Source of the DNA: Chiloscyllium plagiosum
Taxonomy: Eukaryota
DNA length: 56,895 nt
Direction: 5' to 3'
NCBI RefSeq assembly: GCF_004010195.1
Contig: NC_057719.1
Location: 10,193,300 to 10,250,194 of the forward strand
Below the pieces are notes generated by a model, which ran no database searches, was not told where the DNA came from, and saw nothing but the letters and a program-made list of their open reading frames with translations. Of the stretch, positions 1 to 11,449 are shown in pieces (the first letter of the stretch is position 1; the number at the start of each line of letters is the position of its first letter). The position numbers and the translations under genes were made by a program.

Positions 1-256
1 TCCACCCTCCTCCCTGACCTATCACCTTCATCCCCTCCCCCACTCACCTACTGTACTCTACGCTACTTTCTCCCCACCCCCACCCTCCTGTAGCTTATCT
101 CTCCACCCTTCAGGCTCTCTGCCTTTATTCCTGATGAAGGGCTTTTGCCCGAAACGTCGATTTTACTGCTCCTCGGATGCTGCCTGAACTGCTGTGCTCT
201 TCCAGCACCACTAATCCAGAATCTGGTTTCCAGCATCTGCAGTCATTGTTTTTACT
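1..256 (+). mobile_element. Penelope-like element (family A, Neptune-like) 3' terminal repeat, cut by the window edge
   Basis: Pyrimidine-rich 3' region, HHR, then CTGCTCCTCGGATGCTGCCTGA..TCCAGCACCAC and the tail TCCAGCATCTGCAGTC. Homologous to the ends of the GIY-YIG-encoding element at 36206-37828 and to 47872-48505. Confidence 0.85.
127..162 (+). ncRNA. Minimal type I hammerhead ribozyme (PLE family A)
   Basis: attc CTGATGA a GGGC-tttt-GCCC GAAA CG TC gatt: intact core, 4-bp stem II, palindromic ACGT stem III, short stem I. Predicted cleavage after C158. Confidence 0.8.
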
Positions 257-261
257 TAGGT

Positions 262-582
262 AATTGTCTTTTTTCCTGGGAAGGAGGATTTCAAAACTAG
301 GGGACACATTTCGAAGGTGAGAGGAAATAGATTTACAAAGACATGTTTGGCAAATCTTTTACACAGAGGGTGGTTCATGTGTGGAATGAACTTCCTGAGG
401 AAGTGATGGAATTGGGTACAACTGCAATGTTTAAAAACATTTGGATAACTACATGAATAGGAAATGTTTTGAGGGATATGAGCCAGGAGGAGGGAGGTGG
501 GACTAGTTTAGTTTGGGGTTATGTTCAGCATGGACTGGTTGGATCAAAGGTTCTGTTTCTGAGCTGTATGACTCTATGGCTC
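262..582 (+). mobile_element. CR1/HER1-type LINE 3' fragment
   Basis: Degenerate TRGH..KVRG..FFTQRVV.VWNELPEEV coding remnant and the tail TGTATGACTCTATG. Confidence 0.85.
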
Positions 583-629
583 CATATGGAGAATGGTTAA
601 GTACAAGGCGGTAACTTCATTAAAGGTGT

Positions 630-805
630 ATTACGTAAAGTCGCCGCAGCCCCAGAGCACCGGAGGGCTGCTCTCTCATTAGACAGAGACGACAGGTGGT
701 GGTTTAACCTGAGGGTCACCACATCTCAGGTGAGGGGAGAGATTGAGAGGGGAAATCCACTCTATTGGCATCACTCCACATTGCAAAGCAGCCACCCAAC
801 CAACC
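630..805 (-). mobile_element. tRNA-derived SINE fragment (same family as 14843-15050)
   Basis: Reverse complement matches GTGACCCTCAGGTTAAACCACCACC..TCTCTAATGAGAGAGCAGCCC..GACTTTAC of the copy at 14843. Confidence 0.6.
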
Positions 806-929
806 AAGATTTTTATGGTCATCATCTAAACCTCCAAAAGTGATAGCCTTGTTACTCTTGCAATTTATTTCTGGTTCAAGGATTGAATTTTGGTTCCAGA
901 TGATGATAGAATCTTTAACTAGAAGTAAA

Positions 930-993
930 CAACACTTGTCACTGTATTTATAATAAATACACGTGATAATAAATCAAATCAAATCAAATCAAA
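930..993 (+). mobile_element. Rex1-like LINE 3' tail with (AAATC)n
   Basis: TCACTGTA..CACGTGATAATAAATCAAATCAAATC, the same tail as at 10320-10377. Confidence 0.6.
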
Positions 994-1104
994 CCTAATG
1001 CATTAATATTGAGAAACAATTTCTTACAGTACATACAGTACAATGTTGTTTGTTCTGTTTAAAGAGTTTACTTAATTAACAGATTTATATTTTACAATTA
1101 TTCT

Positions 1105-1360
1105 TCCATGGGTTGTGTGCATTGCTAGCTAGGCCACCATCCCTAATGGCCCCTCTTGAAGTGTAGAGAGACCCAGTGTGCTGTTAAGGAGAGATTTCCA
1201 GGAGTCTTACTCAGCACCAGTGAAAGAACAATGACATTGCTCCATGTCAGTAAGGTATATGGCTCAGAGGGAAACACGCCGACCATGTGACTTTTGCCAT
1301 GGACTTTCTGGGTGGTGGAGATTACAAATTTGTAAGGTATCGTACCTGTCATGGCCATGG
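1105..1360 (-). mobile_element. Second CR1-group LINE family, degraded 3' end
   Basis: Reverse complement of the ..TTAGGGATGG..GGCCTAGC..CCCATG tail, shared with 19228-21095 and 41488-41905. Confidence 0.55.
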
Positions 1361-1391
1361 GATGTCCAAAATCTCTTTCGAGCTAATGAAA

Positions 1392-1526
1392 GGGATAAGT
1401 TCATGAATAGAAAATATTTTGAGGGATATGGGCCGAGCACAGGCAGGTGAGGCTAGTTTAGTTTGGGAATGTGGTCAGTATGGACTGGTTGGACCGAAGA
1501 GTCTGTTTCTGTGCTGTATGACTCTA
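1392..1526 (+). mobile_element. CR1/HER1 3' tail
   Basis: GAGGGATATGGGCC..GGACCGAAG.GTCTGTTTC.GTGCTGTATGACTCTA. Confidence 0.85.
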
Positions 1527-1626
1527 AGCATTTTAGGTGCAGCCATTGTGGTCATGTATGGAAGCCTGGCAAGTCAATTTGCACAATGAAAATTCCCACA
1601 AACAGCACTGCAATAATGAGCAGGTA

Positions 1627-2432
1627 GAGTCATAGAGATGTACAGCATGGAAACAGACCCTTCGGTCCAACCCGTCCATGCCAACCAGATATCCCAACCC
1701 AATCTAGTCCCACCTGCCAGCACCCGGACCATATCCCTCCAAACCCTTCCTATTCATATACCCANNNNNNNNNNNNNNNNNNNNNNNNNNNNNNNNNNNN
1801 NNNNNNNNNNNNNNNNNNNNNNNNNNNNNNNNNNNNNNNNNNNNNNNNNNNNNNNNNNNNNNNNNNNNNNNNNNNNNNNNNNNNNNNNNNNNNNNNNNNN
1901 NNNNNNNNNNNNNNNNNNNNNNNNNNNNNNNNNNNNNNNNNNNNNNNNNNNNNNNNNNNNNNNNNNNNNNNNNNNNNNNNNNNNNNNNNNNNNNNNNNNN
2001 NNNNNNNNNNNNNNNNNNNNNNNNNNNNNNNNNNNNNNNNNNNNNNNNNNNNNNNNNNNNNNNNNNNNNNNNNNNNNNNNNNNNNNNNNNNNNNNNNNNN
2101 NNNNNNNNNNNNNNNNNNNNNNNNNNNNNNNNNNNNNNNNNNNNNNNNNNNNNNNNNNNNNNNNNNNNNNNNNNNNNNNNNNNNNNNNNNNNNNNNNNNC
2201 CATCTGATCAAGATCCTGTTGTAATCTGAGGTAATCCTCTTCACTGTCTACTACACCTCCAATTTTGGTGTCATCTGCAAACTTACTAACTGTACCTCTT
2301 ACGCTCGCATCCAAGTCATTTATGTAAATGACAAAAAGTAGAGGGCCCAGCACTGATCCTTGTGGCACTCCACTGGTCACAGGCCTCCAGTCTGAAAAAC
2401 AACTCTCCACCACCACCCTCTGTCTTCTACTT
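1627..2432 (-). mobile_element. CR1/HER1 LINE, 5'-truncated, RT core (spans the N gap at 1765-2199)
   Basis: Minus ORF VTSGVPQGSVLGPLLFVIYINDLD..SKFADDTK; (CTATGACT) tail at about 1630. Inserted into a Deu-type SINE remnant (1530-1626 and 2450-2530). Confidence 0.95.
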
Positions 2433-2547
2433 TTGATAGATAGTCAAAAAGAAAGAGTTGTTGGGTCAAATGATCAATATTGGCGAGTCCACTGGAGAGA
2501 TATCACTTGCTCTTCTTCAAAATAATACGAGCCAAGAGGTCAGTTAC

Positions 2548-3012
2548 AGTCATAGAGCCATAGAGATGTACAGCATGGAAACAGACTCTTCAGTCCAACT
2601 TGATCATGCCAACTAGATGTCCTTACCGAATCGAGTGCCATTTGTCAGCACTAGGCCCATATCCCTCTATACCCAACCAGATATTTTGTAAATGTTGTAA
2701 TTGTACCAGCCTCCACCACTTCCTCTGGCAGCTCATTCCATACACACACCACCCATGAGTGAAAAGGTTGCCCCTTAGATCCCTTTTAAATTTTTCACCT
2801 CTCACCCTAAACCTATGCCTGCTAGTTCTGGACGACTTCACCTCAGGGAAAAGACCTTGTCTACTTACCCTATCTATGCCCCTCATGATTTAATAAACCT
2901 CCATAAAGGCACCCTTCAGTCTCCGATGATCCAGGGAAAATAGCCACAGCTTATTCAGCCTCTCCCTGTAGCTCAAGTCTTCTAACCCTGGCAACATCCT
3001 TGCAAATCTTTT
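2548..3012 (-). mobile_element. CR1/HER1 3' fragment
   Basis: MRGIDRVSRQGLFPEV..HRFRVRGEKFKRDLRGNLF plus tail. Confidence 0.92.
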
Positions 3013-4152
3013 CAATCAGTTGGGGACGTCTGCTTAGCAAGGACAAAATAAGACACTTTCATCCATGAGTTGCTCAGGCATCAGGGGGTTAAACCACTTG
3101 TCAACACTGAATAAGATTGCATTAAATTGAACTGAATCACACTCTCTGGAGGTTCCAGTGCCATGTTAGAATAGACACTGTTTGAAGATTTCACTACCTG
3201 TCCAAGAGAGTCCATAGCTCACAGTTGATGGATGTTGCTGCCTCCCCAGGGCTGGAATGCAACACAGGTCTCACTCTGTAGCAATGTCGGGGGAAGGAAA
3301 ATGAGGAGTCATTCATGTCTGCAGAAGCCCACGGCAAGAGTTGTAAAAACTGTTTACAGCTAGCTTTGTGGGATCGATAGTGCTTCTTAAAATTTAATTT
3401 TCATTCTTATCATCCATTTTCACCATGCAAAGCCCTCAGGAAAGGTGACAAGATGCCTAATCACAAACTAATCACTGATAATTGTATTTTGTTAATCAAA
3501 ATTTAAATATTGATTATACAACAGAGGGAGAGGAACGGGAAAAAAGAGCAGCTGGAATAAGAGACCAGAGCGGCATTAAACTGGATTATCTGAGTTTGAT
3601 CAATACCAGTCAAATAACTAGTCATTTAAAATTTAAAGGGTTTTTGAACACACCTCCTGCAGTTCAGGCCTAATCCTAAAATGTTAAAAAGATAAAACAT
3701 TCAGAATTAATGGCTACTTTCACGTTGGCTATTCATGTAAAAAATGGCAAACATTCAATTTTCGTTTTAAGAATAGTTTCATAAGAACATAAGCAATTGG
3801 AGCAGGAGTAGGCCATCTGATCCCTAAGCATGCTCCGCCATTTAATAAGATCATGGCTGATCTTTTCATGGACACAACTCCACTTACCCGCCCTCTCACC
3901 GTGACCCTTAATTCCTTTACTGTTCAAAACCAATCTATCTTTGGCTTAAAAACATTCAATGATGTATCCTCAACTGCTTCCCTGGGCAGGGAATTCCACA
4001 GATTCACTACCCTCTGGGTGAAGAAGTTCCGCCTCAACTCAGTCCGAAATCTGCTCCCCCAAATTTTGAAGCTATGCCCCTGAGCTCTAGTTTCATCCAC
4101 CAGTGGAACAACCTCCCTGCTTCTATCTTGTCTATTCCCTTCTTAATTTTAT

Positions 4153-4945
4153 ATGCACAGGAGTTGGGAGGTTATGTTGTGGCTGTACAGGGCCTTGGTT
4201 AGGCCACTGTTGGAATATTGTGTGCAACTCTGGTCTCCCTCCTATCGGATGGATGTTGTGAAACTTGAAAGGGTTCAGAAAAGATTTACAAGGATGTTGC
4301 CAGGGTTGGAGGGCTTGAGCTATCGGGAGAGGCTGAATAGGCTGAAGCTGTTTTCCCTGGAGTGTCGGAGACTGAGGGTGATCTTACAGAGGTTTATAAA
4401 ATCATGAGGGGCATGGATAGGGTAAATAGACAAGGACTTTTTGCTGGGATGGGGGAGTCCAGAACTGGAGGACATAGGTTTAGGGTGAGAGGGGAAAGAT
4501 GTAAAAGAGACCTAAGGGGCAATTTTTTCGCTGAAGCTGTTTTCCCTGGAGTGTTGGAGACTGAGGGTGATCTTACAGAGGTTTATAAAATCGTGAGGGG
4601 CATGGATAGGGTAAACAGACAAGGACTTTTTGCTGGGATGGGGGAGTCCAGAACTGGAGGACATAGGTTTAGGGTGAGAGGGGAAAGATGTAAAAGAGAC
4701 CTAAGGGGCAATTTTTTCATGCAGAGCGTGGTGCATGTATGAAATGAGCTGCCAGAGGAAGTGGTGAAGGCTGTTACAATTATAAAATTTAAAAGGCATC
4801 TGGATGGGTATATGAATATGAAGGGTTAAGAGGAATATGGGTCAGGTACTGGCTAATGGGACTAGATTAATTTCGAATATCTGGTCAGCATAGATGAGTT
4901 GGATTGAAGGGTCTATTTCCGTGCTGTACATCTCTATGACTCTAT
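4153..4945 (+). mobile_element. CR1/HER1 3' fragment with an internal ~188-bp tandem duplication
   Basis: LYRALVRPLLEYCVQLWSP..LERVQKRFTRMLPGL; 4341-4529 is repeated at 4530-4718. Confidence 0.95.
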
Positions 4946-5111
4946 AAGATGCCCCCTCATTCTATTAAATTCCAGTGAGGATAGTCCCAGTCTACTCAAT
5001 CTCTCCTTATAAGCCAACCCACTCAATTCTAGAATCAACCTCATCAACCTCCTCTGCACCCCCTCCAGTGCCAGTACATCCTTTCTCAAGTAAGGAGAAG
5101 AAAACTGTATA

Positions 5112-5697
5112 CAAAGGAACCTCGATTATCCGAATACCAATTATCCGAAAATCGGATTATCTGAAGGAGATCCCCAGGTCCCGATGGAAACATTACATCA
5201 AAGACGTGTTTCCAACAGCGATCGCGTCGTTTGTTTACAGTGATCAAACAGCCACCGTCTCCAAATGACTGTCTGCCCACGCTTTCCCTGGAGTTCTACA
5301 CAAGGGTGTACCCTAAACCCCCCTTCCCTACGTAATCTCTCCAACCTTGTCCTGTACAGGGCAAAGGTGGAACCTGCGAAAGCGTTGCAGTAAAATGTTA
5401 GGGGTGTGTGTGTGTGTGCCAGCAATCTTGTTGTTGGTGTCCAGTCCAGCTGCGGGTGGGTGTGTGTGAGGTTGGGGGTCGTTGTTGGACAGGGCCGGGA
5501 GAGGGGGATGGTGTTGCACGGGGTCGGGGGATAGGGGGGCAGTGTTGGGGGCGGGGTCTCGCGCATGGTGCGCTGCGGGGAGCAGACTTTAAAAACCCCG
5601 AGCCCCACGGGAAAGGCATTTAATCGATTAACCAAATAATCGATTATCCGAACGAAATGGTGTCCACCCATCATGTTTGGATAATCAAGGTTCCCTG
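5112..5697. mobile_element. Tc1/mariner (Tigger/pogo-like) MITE
   Basis: TIRs CAAAGGAACCTCGATTATCCGAA / TTTGGATAATCAAGGTTCCCTG; TA on the left and TG on the right; subterminal ATTATCCGAA repeats; no ORF. Confidence 0.85.
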
Positions 5698-5805
5698 TGC
5701 AGTACTCCAGGTGTGGCCTCACCAACAGCTACACCGCAATGCAAAAAATGTAAGAAATTTTACAACCTTCCACAAGGACACAGCTGTCTTTTCCATTTTC
5801 AATAA

Positions 5806-5985
5806 TACAGGCAGTTGTAAATAGGTTCCATTCTGAAGTCTGATCGCTAGTGATTTGTACGCAAGTTGGAACACAATGCAAGACAATATAAAAGAGCCAT
5901 CCCTAATTATAGGAAATGCTCCCCTAAATAAGATCGTTTTTATAAGTTAGTAAGTCACACGTTCGGAAATCAGGGAACTTCTATT
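5806..5985. mobile_element. Possible old Tigger-like MITE
   Basis: Starts TA-CAGGCAGT and has several CG(C/T)AAGT-like subterminal motifs; right TIR degenerate. Confidence 0.35.
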
Positions 5986-6854
5986 AGCAATTAACTTATG
6001 CAGCCTGCTAAAGTGGACAGCCTCACGTTTACTCCTGTTATCCTCTATCTGCTATTGCTTAGCTCACTCCTTTAATGTCTCTGTTACGGGAACAGGGCGA
6101 GCGGGTGGGGGGTGGGGGGGGGGGTGTTGCGGGGAGGCCCCCAAAATGGCTGCCACCTAACTCTACTTTTGGCTCCAGACAGACAGTTTTCATTTCCCAG
6201 AGATCCTCAATGCCACTAATTTGCTTCTGGACCAATCAGCCCACCTGTATTTTTATGGTGGGATGATACAGGGTCAGTACCTGGAGATCTCCTGAGTACT
6301 TGTTCCCATGCCTGACTTTGAAAGTCCACTCTAGTCCTCCCTCGCTACAGGTTGCACCTGTCCTGCTGGGTAGCTCCACTATTCTCTGCGTTTCTTCTCA
6401 AAAATGCCAATTGAAGTTTGTAAACAAAATTTTCATAAAAGAAGGCTCCTTAGTCATATAATTTCTGCAGCTGTAATATACTGACATTCATGTTCTCCAA
6501 AACCTTTATGTAGGGTTGAGTTATAAGTAATTGAAGATCACAATGATCAGGGATGGATCCCAGACCCTGGTAAGTTCTTGGCTATGCAAGGAGGGGGAAT
6601 AGTTGGGTGTATGGATTTTGCTGACCAGGCAAGAACTGCCTTGGTTGAGAGGAGGTAGGTAGATAAGATTCGGATGGCAGTGCCCTCAGTGTAAACACCA
6701 CTCAGACTAGTCGTCAACCCCCTTCCTTCTCACATGTTCACCAACTGGGTTAAAAAATGATCAATCGGTCAACTGCCTGCACACATTGACCATATTATAA
6801 CATGAACAGTGTCATGCTCAGATGAAAGGGATAGTTAACATGCTCAATTATCTA

Positions 6855-8820
6855 TGTAGTGACTGGAATGAGGACCAGGTGGATCTCACTGACTATAAGA
6901 TCCCCGAATGGGGTTGTTAACCCTGGGCCAATCAGGAAGCCCTGGCTGACAGAAGTGCAGTGCATTATTTCTCCCTCCAACTCTATTTTGATTTAGTCCC
7001 TACCCTCCCCTTCACTGTTTTGATAACACAGCACTGCCCTTTGATGTGAAGGGCAGTGCTTGTCACTGGCCACCCGCGTGTTTTCCTATCTTCCTGAAAA
7101 AAAAATAAAAAATAAACAGAAGTGCAGTGCATTATTTCTCCCTCCAACTCTATTTTGATTTAGTCCCTACCCTCCCCTTCACTGTTTTGAACACACAGCA
7201 CTGCCCCTTGATGTGAAGGGCAGTGCTTGTCACTGGCCACCCGGGTGTTTTCCTATCTTCCTGGTGGTGGAAATTGAATAAAGATTTGTGCACTTTGTGT
7301 CTTTCACTGTGTCTCCCACCTGCACACACACAAAAGATAAGAAGAAAAAAAAAATTAACAGGAGATTAAGGGCAATGTTTGTCACTGGCCACTTGAGTGT
7401 TTGCCTATTGTGAGGAAAAAAAAAACAGGGGACTCACTGTCCTTTGATGTGAAGGGCAGTGTTTGTCACTGGCCAAAAAAAGAAAAAAAAATAAACAGAA
7501 GTGCAGTGCATTATTTCTCCCTCCAACTCTATTTTGATTTAGTCCCTACCCTCCCCCTCACTGTTTTGATCACACAGCACTGCCCTTTGATGTGAAGGGC
7601 AGGAATTTGAATAAAGATTCGTGCACTTTGTGTCTTTCATTGTGTCTCACACCTGCACACACACACCATGGGTGCTGGGGATAAAATAAGCACTACCGCA
7701 CTTAGGTGGTAGTGTGGGGGTTAATAAAACAAAAAGAAAAGAAAAGAAAAGAAAATAAACAGAAGAAGTGCAGTGCATTATTTCTCCCTCCAACTCTATT
7801 TTGATTTAGTCCCTACCCTCCCCTTCACTGTTTTTGATCACACAGCACTGCCCTTTGATGTGAAGGGCAGTGTTTGTCACTGGCCACCCGGGTGTTTTCC
7901 TATCTTCCTGGTGGTGGAATTTGAATAAAGATTCATGCACTTTGTGTCTTTCACTGTGTCTCACACCTGCACACACACACCATGGGTGCTGGGGAAAAAA
8001 ATAAGCACTACCGCACTTAGGTGGTAGTGTGGGAGTTAAAAATTAAAAATAAAATAAAATAAAAAATAATTTAAAAAAATAAACAGAAGAAGTGCAGTGC
8101 ATTATTTCTCCCTCCAACTCTATTTTGATTTAGTCCCTACACTCCCCTTCACTGTTTTGATCACACAGCACTGCCCTTTGATGTGAAGGGCAGTATTTGT
8201 CACTGGCCACCCGGTGTTTTCCTATCCCTTCACTGTTTTGAACACACAGCACTGTCCTTTGATGTGAAGGGCAGTGTTTGTCACTGGCCACCCGGGTGTT
8301 TTCCTATCTTCCTTGTGGTGGAATTTGAATAAAGATTTGTGCACTTTGTGTCTTTCACTGTGTCTCACACGTATACACACACACCATGGGTGCTGGGCGA
8401 AAAAATAAGCACTACCGCACAACAGTTAGGCAGTAGTGTGGGGGTTAAAAAAAAAACAGGAGATTTGGGTGCTGGAAAAAAAATAAGCACTACTGCAACT
8501 AAAAAGAATAAATAAATAAATAAATGAACAGAAGATTCACTGGCCACTCGGGTGTTTCCTTTCTTCCTGCTGATTTTGGTGCCTGCCTCCCTAGTGTTCC
8601 ATTCTTTTAAAAAAAATAGAAACAGGAGTGTCAGATATCTTGCTCACTCTAAGAAGAAAAAAAAAGAAAAAAAAAAGAAAAAAGAAAGAAAAAAAATAAA
8701 CAGAAGATTCAGAGAGTCTCCACATTCTAGGGACTGGCTCTGAGCTGGCTGGTCATTGCTCAAGCATTGTGTATGTATAAATAAAAGATGACAGGATATG
8801 GCCTCTAATACGTTATTTCA
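6855..8820 (+). mobile_element. Solo LTR-like repeat (TG...CA) interrupted by a cluster of Tx1 3' ends
   Basis: Starts TGTAGTGAC, CCAATCAGG at about 6928, AATAAA at about 8780, ends GTTATTTCA. A homologous copy lies at 22188-22778. Confidence 0.65.
6955..8700 (+). mobile_element. Tandem cluster of about 9 Tx1-like LINE 3'-end fragments separated by A-tracts and AAACAG(A/G)AG
   Basis: Near-identical to the ORF2 end and 3' UTR at 55490-55800. Confidence 0.88.
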
Positions 8821-9264
8821 ACCTGTTAATTATTATTCTACAAATGGTGGGAGGATGAGCAGATAGCTGATTTTGGTGCCTGCCTCCCTAATGTTCCATG
8901 GGAATTGGGTCAGGTATGCACAGGGTATCAATGGGCCAGCTACCTGACCTATTTTATGTGCCCTCTTCCCTCTGAAACCTGTACAACAGGGGAGCAGTGG
9001 AGAAATTAAGTGAGCTCATAACAATGGCAGGTATAATTAATGCATTTGTGAGCCATGAGAATCTTTAGCAGCAAATACAGGCCTGGACTATTCTTCAGTG
9101 GAAATGAGAAACACTGGCCAGGCTGAATGTGTTGCTGATTGCCAATTACTACAAAAGCTGCCAATTGCATTGGACTGCATTGACTTGCATTGGTTGGAGC
9201 CACAGGAGTTTTGCAAACAACAATGAGGTGACAAAGCAGCTAGATTAGTTCATTTGGCAGCATT

Positions 9265-9420
9265 GGTTTAAAAATTAATATTTTCAGTGTAGTATTCTTC
9301 AAAAAGTGTCATGGATTTTGAACAGCAAAAATAAATCACAGGAAGCTATGCTTCCAATGAATCCAAAGACAAGCACTTTCAACAGTACAGTTGTCCCCTC
9401 AAATTAACTGGGGCATTATG
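9265..9420 (-). mobile_element. Deu-domain SINE remnant
   Basis: Degenerate reverse complement of the GTGC.GTCTTT.GGAT..ATCC.ATG.CACT.TTT.GAAGAA core; similar pieces at 21965-22105 and 42465-42600. Confidence 0.5.
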
Positions 9421-9474
9421 TGCTTCAGTTAGAAGTGATGTCTGTGCTAGCAATATTCCAACTCCACAGTAACA

Positions 9475-10377
9475 ATCCATCACGTAAGCCAGCCTTCCAT
9501 CCACTGACTCCATCCATACTACTTGCTGCCTCAGGAAGGCAACCATCATCGAGGACCCCTCCCACCCCGGTTATAATATCCTCCAACCTTTTCCACCAGG
9601 CAGAAGACATGTAACAACAAGTTCAAGAACAGCTTCTTCCTCACTGTTATTCAACTTCTGAATGGACCTCACAAATGTTAAATTTAATGTGGACCTTGCT
9701 CTTTGTACACCTTCTCTGCAGCTTTAACATTGTATTCCTCACTCTGTTACTGTTATGACACAGAGGTGAATCACTCTGTTAATTAAACCAAATACCCAGA
9801 AAAGCTCACCTTGCCTCGTAATTTGTTGACGTGAGTGACAGAGACCTCACAAATTCCACTATTTAAGGAAAATATCATCAATTTATTTTTTAACTCTAAA
9901 AGTGAACATTAAACAACTATTCACAATTCTAAGCCCATTTTTCTCTTAACTGCTTATCATTTGACTCCAACTCTATAACAATATGCTGTTCCATTAAAAC
10001 ACTTATTAAAATTACATCAACTTAATTTCAAAACTCAACAGCCACTATCTTCTTCTGTGTCTTTCTTCTTCCGGCTGAAGCTCTCCCTGGGTCATCTTCT
10101 TTCTTTTTACTGTGATTATGTTTCATTTCAAAAGGTCCCTTTGATGGAGAGTGTTTCCTAATATCTTGCAGAGTAAGATGTTAGTTGTCCAGGTGTTTCT
10201 GTCTCGATGGCAGTTGTTCTCCCTTAAAGGTATAGGACACACCTTCAACTTCATACCAATTACCCTAACGCACTTTGCATGATTTGTTGATCTGCCTGTA
10301 CAGCACATAAAACAAGACTTTTCACTGTACTTAGGTGCATGTGACAAAAATAAATCAAATCAAGGATCAAATCAATC
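9475..10377 (+). mobile_element. Rex1/Babar LINE 3' end interrupted by a solo LTR
   Basis: Remnant II.DPSHPGY..LQPFPPGRR..KFKNSFF..VIQLLN; the 3' UTR resumes at 10259 and ends in (AAATC)n. Confidence 0.8.
9751..10258 (-). mobile_element. Solo LTR
   Basis: Ends TGTTATGA / TCATACCA; 5-bp TSD GTTAC/ATTAC; AATAAA on the minus strand at about 9885; cleanly splits the Rex1 UTR. Confidence 0.75.
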
Positions 10378-10504
10378 TTACCAATCACAAACAAACCAAG
10401 TGTGGTTATGGGTCCCTTTACTGAGCGACTTGTTTCCACATGTCTTTTCCCAATTTTCTGCTTTAGTGGTTTTGTTTCCTGGAATGGTTCCAGAGATGAA
10501 GGAT

Positions 10505-10850
10505 CATAGAAGCATAGAAAATAGGAGCAGCAGTGAACCATTTGGCTCTTCGAGCTTTCGCTGCTGTTTAATATGACCATGGTTGATCATTCAACTCAGT
10601 CCCCTGTTCCCATTTTCTCCCTAGACCCTTGGATCCCTTTAGCCCCAAGAACTATACCTAACTCCTCCTTGAAAACATTCTACATCTTGGCCTCATCCGC
10701 ATTGTGTGTTTGAAAATTCCACAGGGCTCACCACTCTGTAGGTGATTAAATTTCTCATCTCAGTCCTGAATGGTCTAGCCCATATCCTTAGATCATGACC
10801 CCTGGTTCCAGACTCCCCCAGTCATCAGAAACCCCCTTTGTGCATTACCC
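10505..10850 (-). mobile_element. CR1 3' fragment
   Basis: CATAGAA tail, AATAGGAGCAG..CCAT motif and W/N-LP coding remnants. Confidence 0.8.
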
Positions 10851-10879
10851 CTATGTCGTCCTTCATCACAGTTAGAGGG

Positions 10880-11415
10880 ACAGGTTGAAAAGCTGGGAGC
10901 TCAGTAATCTCCTTAAAGCAGAGGAGGCTAAGAGGAGATTTGATGAAGGTGTTTAAAAAAAGGACTAAGTAGAATAAACAGAAACCACTTCTAATGGCTG
11001 AAAGTGTGCTGATTTAGAATCAGCCAGGCTCCACGGTGTAAAACACTTTGACAGCAAATAGAAAGCACTGCCTAAAATAACAATGGACTCAACAGTAACT
11101 TTCTAATGGGAAGTAAATAAATGAAAACTGTTCACATTGCATAAAAGAATAGAGAACAAGAGGACACAGGTTTAAAGGTAATTGAGAAAATTTGCAATGG
11201 CGATTGAGAAAACCATTTATCATGAAGTTAGTGGCTGGGATCTGGACTGTGTTGCTAATTGACTTTGCTTGTTGTAGTAAGGCATTTGAGAAAGAATTGG
11301 ATTGTTAACTGAAAAGGAAGAATGTGCAGGGCTGCAGGGAGAAAGCAGGGTACTCGGTACACTGTTTGCCTTCACATGGCCAGTGAACAGCCCAAGCAGC
11401 TTCTTTCTGCTATAA
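10880..11415 (+). mobile_element. Old CR1 3' fragments
   Basis: RLEKLG..SLKQRRLRGDL..VFK and RTRGHRFKG remnants. Confidence 0.6.
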
Positions 11416-11449
11416 TGAAACTGTGACATACTTGAAGGAGAAAAGAAAT

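Larger units (their letters stand above)
3780..5725 (-). mobile_element. CR1 LINE with (TTCTTATG)n tail, split by a nested HER1 (4153-4945) and a MITE (5112-5697)
   Basis: Collinear pieces at 3780-4152, 4945-5110 and 5698-5725 (LVRPHLEYC). Confidence 0.85.

Noticed and set aside
5198..5725. Proline-rich ORFs of 70-175 aa
   Set aside because: They come from the GC/GT-rich low-complexity interior of a non-coding MITE.
6955..8700. Repeat-spacer array or snRNA cluster
   Set aside because: The repeats match the Tx1 ORF2 end and 3' UTR at 55490-55800; no snRNA sequence was recognised.
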